The translations under genes were made by a program, and so were the position numbers. Below are positions 17,043 to 26,291 of a stretch of DNA of 38,826 bases, piece after piece. The stretch comes from an uncultured Flavipsychrobacter sp. (GTDB lineage: Bacteria; Bacteroidota; Bacteroidia; Chitinophagales; Chitinophagaceae): NCBI GenBank assembly GCA_964396625.1, contig CAYNGS010000001.1, positions 1 through 38,826 on the forward strand. Direction: 5' to 3'. Below the pieces are notes generated by a model. It was not told the origin of the DNA, made no database searches, and worked only from the letters and a program-made list of their open reading frames with translations. The stretch's first letter is position 1, and each line of letters starts with the position of its first letter.

Positions 17043-19889
17043 ATGCCTGAAAAAAAACTATTTCTGCTGGATGCCATGGCGCTTATCTATCGTGCTTACT
17101 ATGCACTCATACGTAGCCCGCGCATTACCAGCAAAGGAAGAAACACAAATGCCCAGTTCGGGTTCACCACTACTTTGATCGATCTCATCAACAAAGAAAA
17201 ACCCACGCATCTCGCCGTTGTGTTCGATACTTCAGCGCCAACCGAAAGGCATACTGATTTTGCGGCCTACAAAGCCAATCGCCAGGAAACCCCCGAAGAC
17301 CTCTCCGCAGCCATTCCCGATATTAAGCGCATCGTAAAAGGTTTTAACCTCCCATGCCTCGAACTCGACGGTTACGAAGCCGATGATATTATTGGCTCCC
17401 TCGCCCTGGAGGCGGCCGATCTTGGCTACACGGTATTCATGGTCACCCCCGATAAGGATTATGGCCAGATCGTACGGGAAAAAATATTTATCTACAAGCC
17501 GGTGTCGGGCGATCGGCCCGAAATTATGGGCGAAAAAGAAGTTTGTGCAAAATGGGGTATAAAAAGTGTCAGCCAGGTCGTAGATATGCTCGGCCTCATG
17601 GGTGATGCTGTGGATAACATTCCCGGCATCCCGGGCATAGGCGAGAAAACCGCGGCGAAGTTGCTGGCCGAATACGAAACCATAGAAAACCTCCTCGCAA
17701 ATTCGGCAGGCATAAAGGGTGCAGTTGGCGAAAAGGTCCGCAATGGACATGACAATGCAGTTCTGTCTAAGAAACTGGCAACGATCATCACCAATGTGCC
17801 GCTGCCGTTTCACGACGAAGATTTTCGTGTGAAGGAAAAGAACATAGACGCACTCACCGAAGTGTTTAACGAGCTTGAGTTCAAAACACTCGGCAAACGT
17901 ATACTCGGAGATACCGGCGCGGCTGTACAACCGGTATCAACAGATCTTTTCGGCAATGCGCTAGCGCAAAAAAGAGTAGCCACCAACAGCCCCTTCCCCC
18001 CCGCTCTCAGTGCTGCGCCGCCAGTCGAACTCGAAGAAGTAGAGACGAGAGGCGTGGCGGGCATCAGCGCCGCTACTATTGATCAGGTACCGCATGTTTA
18101 CCACTTGGTTACCACAATGGAGGACATCGACCGTTTAGTAGCAGACCTGTCGAAACATACCGAGATCGCCTTTGATACCGAAACAACTGACCTGGATCCA
18201 AACCTTGCCGATATGGTAGGCATGAGTTTCAGTTTCGAAAAAGGAACAGGCTACTATGTCTCAGTACCGGCCGAAAAGGAAAAGGTCATTGAAATACTCG
18301 AACGGTTCAGACCGCTCTTCGAAAACCCGGACATACTATGGGTTGGTCAAAATATTAAGTACGATATGACCATGCTCAAGTGGTATGGCTTTGCACTAAA
18401 GGGCAACATCTATGATACCATGCTTGCAAACTATGTGATCGACCCAGATGGAAAGCGCAGCATGGATATGCTCAGTGTCAAGTATCTCAATTATGAACCG
18501 GTATCTATTGAAACACTGATAGGGAAAAAAGGAAAAGCGCAGCAGTCCATGCGCGATGTTCCGCTGGAGCAGATAAAAGAATATGCCGCCGAGGATGCCG
18601 ATGTTACTCTGCAGCTAAAGCAGGCTTTCGACCCCTTACTGGTACAGAAAGAGGTAAAGAAAGTTTTCGACGAAGTGGAAAACCCGCTTGTGCCTGTGCT
18701 GATCGATATGGAATACGAAGGTGTCGGGCTCGACGTCCGCTTCTTAAATGAATACTCCAAAGACCTCGAAAAAGATATTAAGCAGGCAGAAGAAAATATT
18801 TACAACCACGCTGGCGTAAAGTTCAATATAGGCTCGCCAAAACAACTGGGGGAAGTTTTGTTCGAAGTGATGAAAATAGACGCAGGCCAGAAAAAAACTA
18901 AAACAGGCCAATATGCCACAGGCGAAGATATACTTCAAAAAATGCGCCACAAGCACCAGGTGGTTGAAGACATTCTGGCCTACCGCGAACTCACAAAATT
19001 AAAAAGCACCTACGTCGATTCGCTGCCGGGTCTCATTAACCCGCGCACTGGCCGTCTGCACACCAGCTACAATCAGGCTGTCGCTGTTACCGGCCGGCTT
19101 AGCAGCAATAATCCAAACCTGCAGAACATACCCATCCGCACCGAGCGCGGTCGGGAAATAAGAAAAGCATTTATTCCCCGCAACAGTAGTTATCGCATTA
19201 TCTCCGCCGACTATTCCCAGATCGAACTGCGCATCGTTGCTGCCATCAGTGGCGATGAAGCTATGATATCAGCCTTCAGGGAAAATAAGGATATACACAC
19301 CGCCACCGCGGCCAAAGTATATGGTGTAGAGGAAAAAGATGTAACCAAAGACATGAGGCGTGCAGCAAAGGCCGTAAACTTTGGCATTATCTATGGCCAG
19401 TCCGCGTTTGGGCTGTCTGAGAATATCGGCGTTAGCCGTACCGAAGCAAAAACGATCATTGATAACTATTTCATCCAGTACCCTTCTGTCAAGCAATACA
19501 TGGATCGTTCCATAAACTTCGCAAAAGAACATGGGTACGTCCAGACCGTGATGGGCCGCAAACGCTGGCTAAAAGATATCTACTCGGCAAATTTCACCGT
19601 CAGAGGCTACGCAGAGCGGAATGCCATAAACATGCCTATTCAAGGCACTGCAGCAGACATGATAAAACTGGCCATGATCGCCATCCATCGCGAACTTGAA
19701 AAACATAAAATGCGTTCCCGCATGATCCTCCAGGTACATGACGAACTTGTTTTCGATGTACCGGTCGATGAGGTTGACGATGTACAGCCATTGATAAAAT
19801 CCTGCATGGAGAATGCCATGAAACTCCCGCACGATGTCCCCTCAAACGTCGAAACCGGCACCGGCATGAACTGGCTCGAAGCACATTGA
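17043..19889 (+). CDS. polA: DNA polymerase I
   Basis: 5'-3' exonuclease motifs (LLDAMALIYRAYY, EADDIIG, DKD, GDAVDNIPG); 3'-5' exonuclease motifs (FDTET, NIKYD, YAAEDAD); polymerase motifs ADYSQIELR, RRAAKAVNFGIIYG, QVHDEL. Confidence 0.99.
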   Translation: MPEKKLFLLDAMALIYRAYYALIRSPRITSKGRNTNAQFGFTTTLIDLINKEKPTHLAVVFDTSAPTERHTDFAAYKANRQETPEDLSAAIPDIKRIVKGFNLPCLELDGYEADDIIGSLALEAADLGYTVFMVTPDKDYGQIVREKIFIYKPVSGDRPEIMGEKEVCAKWGIKSVSQVVDMLGLMGDAVDNIPGIPGIGEKTAAKLLAEYETIENLLANSAGIKGAVGEKVRNGHDNAVLSKKLATIITNVPLPFHDEDFRVKEKNIDALTEVFNELEFKTLGKRILGDTGAAVQPVSTDLFGNALAQKRVATNSPFPPALSAAPPVELEEVETRGVAGISAATIDQVPHVYHLVTTMEDIDRLVADLSKHTEIAFDTETTDLDPNLADMVGMSFSFEKGTGYYVSVPAEKEKVIEILERFRPLFENPDILWVGQNIKYDMTMLKWYGFALKGNIYDTMLANYVIDPDGKRSMDMLSVKYLNYEPVSIETLIGKKGKAQQSMRDVPLEQIKEYAAEDADVTLQLKQAFDPLLVQKEVKKVFDEVENPLVPVLIDMEYEGVGLDVRFLNEYSKDLEKDIKQAEENIYNHAGVKFNIGSPKQLGEVLFEVMKIDAGQKKTKTGQYATGEDILQKMRHKHQVVEDILAYRELTKLKSTYVDSLPGLINPRTGRLHTSYNQAVAVTGRLSSNNPNLQNIPIRTERGREIRKAFIPRNSSYRIISADYSQIELRIVAAISGDEAMISAFRENKDIHTATAAKVYGVEEKDVTKDMRRAAKAVNFGIIYGQSAFGLSENIGVSRTEAKTIIDNYFIQYPSVKQYMDRSINFAKEHGYVQTVMGRKRWLKDIYSANFTVRGYAERNAINMPIQGTAADMIKLAMIAIHRELEKHKMRSRMILQVHDELVFDVPVDEVDDVQPLIKSCMENAMKLPHDVPSNVETGTGMNWLEAH

Positions 19890-19940
19890 TACTCGCATTA
19901 ACTCATTCCTCTTGGGGTTTTTGTCGTTTGATATGGGTAC

Positions 19941-19976
19941 AAAAAATAAGCGGGCAGCTTTGTAGCCACCCGCTTA
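19941..19976. terminator. Terminator between convergent polA and the T9SS gene
   Basis: Stem TAAGCGGG (19947-19954) / CCCGCTTA (19969-19976) with inner GCT/AGC pairing. The A-run at 19941-19946 gives a U-tract on the minus strand. Confidence 0.7.
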
Positions 19977-19999
19977 ATGATTTATTCCTCGTTAGTACT

Positions 20000-22900
20000 C
20001 TATTGTTCTATCACGAAGTGGATAACATTGTTCTGTGTTGCCGAGCGTACATTGAGCAGGTACATACCGTTGGCAAGTGTCCTGCTCAGTGATATCTGCT
20101 CGTCTATGCTGCCGTTCACCGTCATTACCTTGCTGCTGTATATCACCTGGCCCAGCATGTTGGTCACCTCAAGCGATATCTGCTCATCAGATGTCGTACC
20201 CACATTGCCCTTCACGCTGAACGTGCCCTTGTTCGGATTCGGTACCAGGTGCATATCACCACCAACTGCGCTCACCTGCTGAACACCCACATCATGAAGC
20301 GTCAGCCTGATCCCCTTGGTTGCCGTCAGTCCGCCGCAAGGACCGCTGCCAGTTACCATCACCACCACAGAGTCTCCGTTGAAGAACTCATGATGTGTGA
20401 ACGACGCATTCGTAGCTCCCGCTATGATGTTACCGTTGATCACCCACTGGAACGTAGGATTGCTGCCGCCATTGGTAAACACAACCATCAGTGAGTCGAT
20501 ATGCCATACACCAACTCCAAGGCCAGGGTAGGCACGCACCGTGATGTTGGGTAACTGCAGTGAGTCCACAGATACTACCGCCGTACCAAACATATTGTTG
20601 GGACAGGTGGTGATCGCACTGTTGCCTATTACTTTGTAGGTGCCTGCAGGCTGTATACCGAAGTCCAGTGATACGCCCGTTCCGTACAATGGAACACCCA
20701 CAGGGGTGATCCCGTTGTAGAGCTGGTACCAGATGCCTGCCTGTGAGCCGTCAAGGCCTACATCAACGCCTGCTCCGTCGGGGCAGTAGCTGCCGCCCCC
20801 CGTTACATTGTGCACCAGCGGTAAGGGTATAATATATATCGACGGGCTGCCTGCCATATTGTTATCACACGCTGAGCCTGAGTCATGTGCAAATACTGTG
20901 TAGCTGCCGGCGATCACCTGCATCCCGAAGTCTAACGCGCCGCCTGTGCCCGAAACAAGTCCGCCTACCGGTACCCCATCGCGGAATAACTGGTATGAAA
21001 CGCCTTCTTCTGAGTTGGCCAGCCTTACATGAAGCCCCGTATCTGCGGCGCAGTAGTTGCCATAGTTATCAACAGTTACCGTATACGCTGTCGGCAATGG
21101 CAATACTGTTATCGTTGCACTTGCAGCCATCGTATCAAAGCAGCCTGTGCCCGGATTTGTTGCGATCACCGTATAGATACCTGCTGCTGTATGTAATCCA
21201 AAATCAAGGCTGCCGCCAGACCCTGTCAGTGCCACGCCCACTGCGGTAGCACCATTGTACAGCTGGTAGCTGATCGATTCGTCCGTACCCGTCAATCCTA
21301 CATGTTCTCCGGTTCCCCCGGCACAATAGCGACCGCCGCCGCTCACTATATGAACATTGGGTAAGGAGTTCACCGTTACCGTTGCCGACCCTGCCATATC
21401 TGCCGGGCACAGGTAAGTGGCGTCTGTAGCCACTACCGTATATATACCGCCTGTTGTTTCAAGACCAAAGTCCAGCAGTGAGCCGGTGCCCGCAACCGGG
21501 TCGCCTATGGGGCCTCCGTTGAACAGCTGGTAGTTCACGCCTGTCCCTGATCCGCTTAATCCAACGTGAACGCCTGTGCCGCCGTTACAATAAGAACCGC
21601 CGCCCATAACACTGTATACTGTCGGCGATACGATCGTGATCGTATCCCTGCCCGCCATATTGTTCCTGCAGCCGTTGGCCGGGTTTGTTGCTGTGGCCGT
21701 GTATACGCCCGCTGCCGTATGCATACCGAAGTCCGGCGCCACGCCGCCTATTATTGAATCCACAACTGCTCCGCCCAGGTATAAATAGTAGTTTATTCCT
21801 TCATCGTAGTACGTCAATGCTATTGTCTCCCCGCTGCCACCGGCGCAGTAATGGCCCCCGCCTATCAGCGTGTACACATGGGGCAGCGAATCGATATTTA
21901 CTGCCGCCGATGATGACATCGTGTCCTTACACCCTGTGGCAGGGTTCGTAGCTACTACTATATAATTGCCTGCTGTTGTCTTTAGTCCGAAATTAAGACC
22001 GATGCCTGTACCTGATAAATACGGGCCTGATGCTCCTGCGTCATTGTACAGCTGGTAATGTATGCCCGGGTCAGAACCATCGAGGCTTACCGCCTTGCCT
22101 GTGCCGCCCATACAATAGTCGCCACCGCCCGTTACACTGTGTATGCCCGGAAGCGGAAGGATCGTAATTACCGGCGCGCCTGCCATGTTCACAGAGCACT
22201 GGGTCGTCGCATCGGTTGCTGTTGCTGTATACATCCCGGCTCCCGGGTTTACACCAAAGTCCAATGCAGATCCTGTCGTTCCTCCCACAGGGTCGCCCAG
22301 GGAACTGCCTGATAGATAAAGCTGGTAGTTAACACCCGTCGTCGATCCGCTCAGAATGACATCTTCGCCGCTGCCGCCCGTGCAATAGTTGCCGCCGCCG
22401 CCCAGTGTGAATACCGTTGGCAACGGATTGATCACTACGGTCACGCTGCCTGATAAGGTGGCGCTGCAGCCTGTTGTCGTATCCATTGCGATCACCGTGT
22501 ACACCCCTGCAGGGATCTGCAGTCCGAAATCAAGGCCACTGCTGCCTTCGCCGCCGGTGCCGGGCAATGAACCCATACCTGTCGAGCCCCTGTATAGCTG
22601 GTAGCTGATACCTGCGTCCGATGCGCTCGTCATTATGTCTACGCCTGTGCCGCCTGCGCAATAGCTGTTAGAGCCGGGCGTAGAAACTGTATAACTATTA
22701 TTGGGTAACGGGTTGATAGCTATCACTACTCCTCCCGTCATGTTATTGCTGCAGTTCGATAGTGAGTTCGTTCCGCTGACTGTATATATCCCTGCCCCGG
22801 TTTGTATCCCGAAGTCCAGACCTGATCCTGTACCTGCAACCTGCGTTCCTATCGGGTCCGAATTATAATATAGCTGGTAGTTCACTCCTACCTGTGAAAA

Positions 22901-25900
22901 GCTGAGGCCCACATGCTTGCCTGTACCGTCAATACAATATCCGCCGCCGCCCGTCACTGTATATGCTGTCGGTAACGGATCGATCGTAATGGTCGGGCTG
23001 CCCGTCATTGTCACAGGACAACCAAGCCCGTCTATCGTGGCAACTACTGTATATACCCCGGCTGTTGTCTGCAATCCGTATTCTATAGGAAAACTGTTAC
23101 CCGGTACTGATGTCAGCGGGGTTGATCCGTCGTACAGCTGGTAATGAACTCCGAAATCTGATCCGCTCAGTATTATATCCACACCTGAGCCGTTTGCACA
23201 GAAGTGTCCGCTGCCTACTGTTGACAACACATACGCTGTAGGCGGAGCAACTGCTGTCACTTCTGCATCACCCGTCATCGCGGCAGCGCATCCTGTCGTC
23301 ATATTTGTGCCAACTACTGTGTATATACCTGCTGCGTGAACGCCAAAATCAATTGCTCCGCCGCCGGCTGTGCCTGTTATCGGCGCTCCTACAGGGGTGA
23401 TACCATTATATAACTGGTAGCTGATACCTGCATTGGAACCGTCAAGGCCCACATGTACCCCTGCGCCACCTGCACAGTAACTGTTCGTACCGGTTACATT
23501 ATGTGGCGCCGGAAGCGCGTTTACTGTTATTGTTGCATTACCCGACATGCCTGCACTGCAGCCCGATATAGCATTGGTAGCGTTTACCGTATATGTGCCG
23601 GTTGCTGTGAACGTACCGAAATCAAGACCTGAGTTAGAACCGGGTGATGTGATCACCGCTGTTGTACCATTATAAAGGGTGTAATTTATACCTGATCCTG
23701 AAAACGCCATCCCTATGTGTTTGCCTGACGGGTCTCCGAAGCAATAGCTGCCGCCACCGGTAACTGCATATACTGTCGGTAACGGGTTGATCGCTATCGT
23801 CGTGCTGCCCGTCATATTGCTGCTGCATGTCGTGAACGGATTTGTTGCTACCACTGTATAGGTACCTGCTGCTGTCTTCGGACCGAAGCTCAGCACTCCG
23901 CCGCCGCTTGTTATTGCAGGGGGAACAGGGGTAATGCCGTTATACAACTGGTAACTGATACCATTATCTGAATTGAATAGTATCACCGGAACGCCTGTGC
24001 CGCCTGCGCAATAACTCGCATTAAGCGCTGATGATATCGGGTATACATTAGGCAGCGGGTTTACTGTAATAACAGCGCTGCCTGTCATTGTAGCAGAACA
24101 GCCCGAAGACACGCTCGTAGCCTGAACCGTGTACGTGCCGCCGGCCGGCTGTGGCCCGAAGTTGAGCGCAACGCCGGTACCTGCCATCGTCGTTACACCG
24201 GAACCTCCGTTCAGCAGCTGGTAGTTCACTCCAACAGTAGAACCATTGAGTCCTATCGGGGGTATGCTCACAGAACCTGCGCAATAGGACCCTCCGCCTG
24301 TAACTGAAAACTGTGCCAGGTTATTTACTGTAACTGTGGTCGTAGCAAGGCAGCCCGTTGGCATCGTATATCCGATCGTCGCATTGCCTGTAGAGCCCCC
24401 CATGATCGTCGCATTGCTGCCAACCGTGCCGGAAATACTTGCAACAGGTGTGAAACTGCTGCTCCAGCTGCCACCAGGGGTTACTTCCGTCAACGTCGTC
24501 GTCTGACCAGCTCCGCAGATCAATGTAGTTCCTGTTATAGGTGCAGGAGTAAGGTTAACCGTTATAGGATAGACTCCAAAACAGCCGCCGGGTATTGAAT
24601 AAGTAATAGTCGGTGTACCAGCTGTCGAGCCAGTAACTACTCCAGTACCTCCGACACTCGCCTGAACAGAGTTGCTACTCGACCAATTACCACCGGAGAG
24701 CGAGGGGGTTAATGTCGTTGTGAGACCTGTACAAACGTTATTTGCTCCGGAAATACCCGGTGTAGGGTTTACCGTGAAACTTGCTGTCGCCGGAGTACAG
24801 AAACCCTCAGCATATGTAATAGTGGGCACACCTGATGAAATACCTGTAACTGCACCTGAAGTTGAATTTACAGTGGCAAAAGTCGTATTACTGCTAGACC
24901 AGGAACCGCCAGGAAATGTATTGCTTAATGTTACAGTAGATGCGGGGCAAACATTAAAAGTACCTGAGATTGCCGGAAGGGCACCGGTATTCAGCGCTTC
25001 TGCACCAACGGTTTGTGATGTACCGGTAGCTGAATACTGGCGGGCACGTATCCAATCCACCGCCATAGTACCTGGGCTACCATTCAGACAGCCGAATGCC
25101 ACTGACTGATTAGCACTGCTGCCGTAAGAGAACACTGTATTTGTTCCGCCTGGCCAGGTGCAAATTATTGAAGACGCTGTTCTTACAAAAGTCCAAAGTC
25201 CAACTCCAGAGCCAAACGATAAGCCGCCTGATAAGAATGCAGAATATACCGGAGTTCCGGTTGTATTTGAAAAATACATAGTACCGGATCCTTGCTCAAA
25301 CATCGTCGCGCCATTGTTATAATTACCAAGATCAGCCTGCGCCAAACTTGGGTAAGAACCTGATACTGAAGTTACCTGAGCCTCAGTGATGATGGGACCA
25401 GCAAATGAATTATTAGACTCCACTTCTGCCCAGGCGCCTCCACTATTAAGCGATATTATCCCACCTGCCACTGTTGCACTTCCACCTGACGTAACCAATG
25501 TCCATTTTGAAGCATTAAGAGTTGCTCCCAGAAAATCATCAAAAATAGTAAATGTAGAATCTCCGTTAGAGGCTGCCGCCGCCGTAGGGTTTCCATAATA
25601 CAAATTTACTGTGGCTGTTCCACTGGCGGGTATTGATGGGACTTTTATCCATATAAGCGTACTTGCAGTGTTCATCCCACTTTGAATATAATATGAGACG
25701 TTGTTGCAACTATTATCTGTAAATCTGATATCGTTCCCGGTTGCCTGCATCTTGCCTGCCGTCACCAATGCAGATGTATTGAGCGTTATGGAAACCTGAT
25801 AATTAGTGAGCGCGGTACTGCCAAGGTTAGTTACCGTTATCGGAACTTTATATTGATAAAAGCAGTTGCACTGAGCGGACGCACTAAAATTCCATCCTGT

Positions 25901-25948
25901 TAAAAAAGCGATCAGGATTATCAGTTTTGAAATGTAAAATCGTTTCAT
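20000..25948 (-). CDS. Large T9SS (type A CTD) surface protein: DUF2341 head, 3 Big_2-like Ig domains, 14 Cys-paired ~90-aa repeats, Ig-like domain, CTD
   Basis: Signal peptide ...ASA|Q; DUF2341-like DIRFTD...IWIKVPSIP......LYYGN...IFDDF; Big_2-like WSSSN...ATV...G.VTG; CTD VPNPNKG.F...EVTNMLGQ...LANGMYLLNV. Confidence 0.9.
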   Translation of the reverse strand: MKRFYISKLIILIAFLTGWNFSASAQCNCFYQYKVPITVTNLGSTALTNYQVSITLNTSALVTAGKMQATGNDIRFTDNSCNNVSYYIQSGMNTASTLIWIKVPSIPASGTATVNLYYGNPTAAAASNGDSTFTIFDDFLGATLNASKWTLVTSGGSATVAGGIISLNSGGAWAEVESNNSFAGPIITEAQVTSVSGSYPSLAQADLGNYNNGATMFEQGSGTMYFSNTTGTPVYSAFLSGGLSFGSGVGLWTFVRTASSIICTWPGGTNTVFSYGSSANQSVAFGCLNGSPGTMAVDWIRARQYSATGTSQTVGAEALNTGALPAISGTFNVCPASTVTLSNTFPGGSWSSSNTTFATVNSTSGAVTGISSGVPTITYAEGFCTPATASFTVNPTPGISGANNVCTGLTTTLTPSLSGGNWSSSNSVQASVGGTGVVTGSTAGTPTITYSIPGGCFGVYPITVNLTPAPITGTTLICGAGQTTTLTEVTPGGSWSSSFTPVASISGTVGSNATIMGGSTGNATIGYTMPTGCLATTTVTVNNLAQFSVTGGGSYCAGSVSIPPIGLNGSTVGVNYQLLNGGSGVTTMAGTGVALNFGPQPAGGTYTVQATSVSSGCSATMTGSAVITVNPLPNVYPISSALNASYCAGGTGVPVILFNSDNGISYQLYNGITPVPPAITSGGGVLSFGPKTAAGTYTVVATNPFTTCSSNMTGSTTIAINPLPTVYAVTGGGSYCFGDPSGKHIGMAFSGSGINYTLYNGTTAVITSPGSNSGLDFGTFTATGTYTVNATNAISGCSAGMSGNATITVNALPAPHNVTGTNSYCAGGAGVHVGLDGSNAGISYQLYNGITPVGAPITGTAGGGAIDFGVHAAGIYTVVGTNMTTGCAAAMTGDAEVTAVAPPTAYVLSTVGSGHFCANGSGVDIILSGSDFGVHYQLYDGSTPLTSVPGNSFPIEYGLQTTAGVYTVVATIDGLGCPVTMTGSPTITIDPLPTAYTVTGGGGYCIDGTGKHVGLSFSQVGVNYQLYYNSDPIGTQVAGTGSGLDFGIQTGAGIYTVSGTNSLSNCSNNMTGGVVIAINPLPNNSYTVSTPGSNSYCAGGTGVDIMTSASDAGISYQLYRGSTGMGSLPGTGGEGSSGLDFGLQIPAGVYTVIAMDTTTGCSATLSGSVTVVINPLPTVFTLGGGGNYCTGGSGEDVILSGSTTGVNYQLYLSGSSLGDPVGGTTGSALDFGVNPGAGMYTATATDATTQCSVNMAGAPVITILPLPGIHSVTGGGDYCMGGTGKAVSLDGSDPGIHYQLYNDAGASGPYLSGTGIGLNFGLKTTAGNYIVVATNPATGCKDTMSSSAAVNIDSLPHVYTLIGGGHYCAGGSGETIALTYYDEGINYYLYLGGAVVDSIIGGVAPDFGMHTAAGVYTATATNPANGCRNNMAGRDTITIVSPTVYSVMGGGSYCNGGTGVHVGLSGSGTGVNYQLFNGGPIGDPVAGTGSLLDFGLETTGGIYTVVATDATYLCPADMAGSATVTVNSLPNVHIVSGGGRYCAGGTGEHVGLTGTDESISYQLYNGATAVGVALTGSGGSLDFGLHTAAGIYTVIATNPGTGCFDTMAASATITVLPLPTAYTVTVDNYGNYCAADTGLHVRLANSEEGVSYQLFRDGVPVGGLVSGTGGALDFGMQVIAGSYTVFAHDSGSACDNNMAGSPSIYIIPLPLVHNVTGGGSYCPDGAGVDVGLDGSQAGIWYQLYNGITPVGVPLYGTGVSLDFGIQPAGTYKVIGNSAITTCPNNMFGTAVVSVDSLQLPNITVRAYPGLGVGVWHIDSLMVVFTNGGSNPTFQWVINGNIIAGATNASFTHHEFFNGDSVVVMVTGSGPCGGLTATKGIRLTLHDVGVQQVSAVGGDMHLVPNPNKGTFSVKGNVGTTSDEQISLEVTNMLGQVIYSSKVMTVNGSIDEQISLSRTLANGMYLLNVRSATQNNVIHFVIEQ
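20001..24532. repeat. Copy 1 of a ~4532-bp direct repeat (offset 6292)
   Basis: Matches 26293-30824 wherever compared. The two proteins are identical from PAPITGTTLICG to the C-terminus, and shadow ORFs recur identically at +6292 (e.g. 20249/26541, 20887/27179, 22917/29209, 24048/30340). Confidence 0.95.
20568..24326 (-). repeat. 14 tandem degenerate ~90-aa Ig-like protein repeats (also at ~26860-30618)
   Basis: Consensus NPLP..Y.V.GGG.YC.GG.G..V.L.GS..G..YQLY.G......G.G..LDFG....G.YTV.AT....C...M.G...I.I; 14 units counted, each with two Cys. Confidence 0.9.
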
Positions 25949-26237
25949 ACTATTAATTATTTTTAATGATAAAAAATATTAAAAGAGTAATATCCAAAAT
26001 AATATTACCTGTTCTCGCCGTCTAACTCGTGAAAAATAGGTATGAAAAGTAATAGCTTTTTTATTCACAACCAAATTATTTTTAAAAGTCCATATCAATA
26101 TTTCTATACCGAGCCGAATTTCTTTAACTTTTGGAAACAATTTTGCTTTTTTTTATAATTGGCAAATAAACATATAATATATGTTTATGTTTTTAGACGT
26201 TATTATTCAGATTGCCCGCTAACCGCATCATAAAAAC

Positions 26238-26272
26238 AATAAGGCGCCATGATAAAATCATGGCGCCTTATT
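26238..26272 (-). terminator. Rho-independent terminator after the GEVED T9SS gene
   Basis: Perfect 16-bp inverted repeat AATAAGGCGCCATGAT / ATCATGGCGCCTTATT with a 3-nt loop, followed on the minus strand by GTTTTT. Confidence 0.85.
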
Positions 26273-26291
26273 AGTAGCACTGTTCGTAGTA

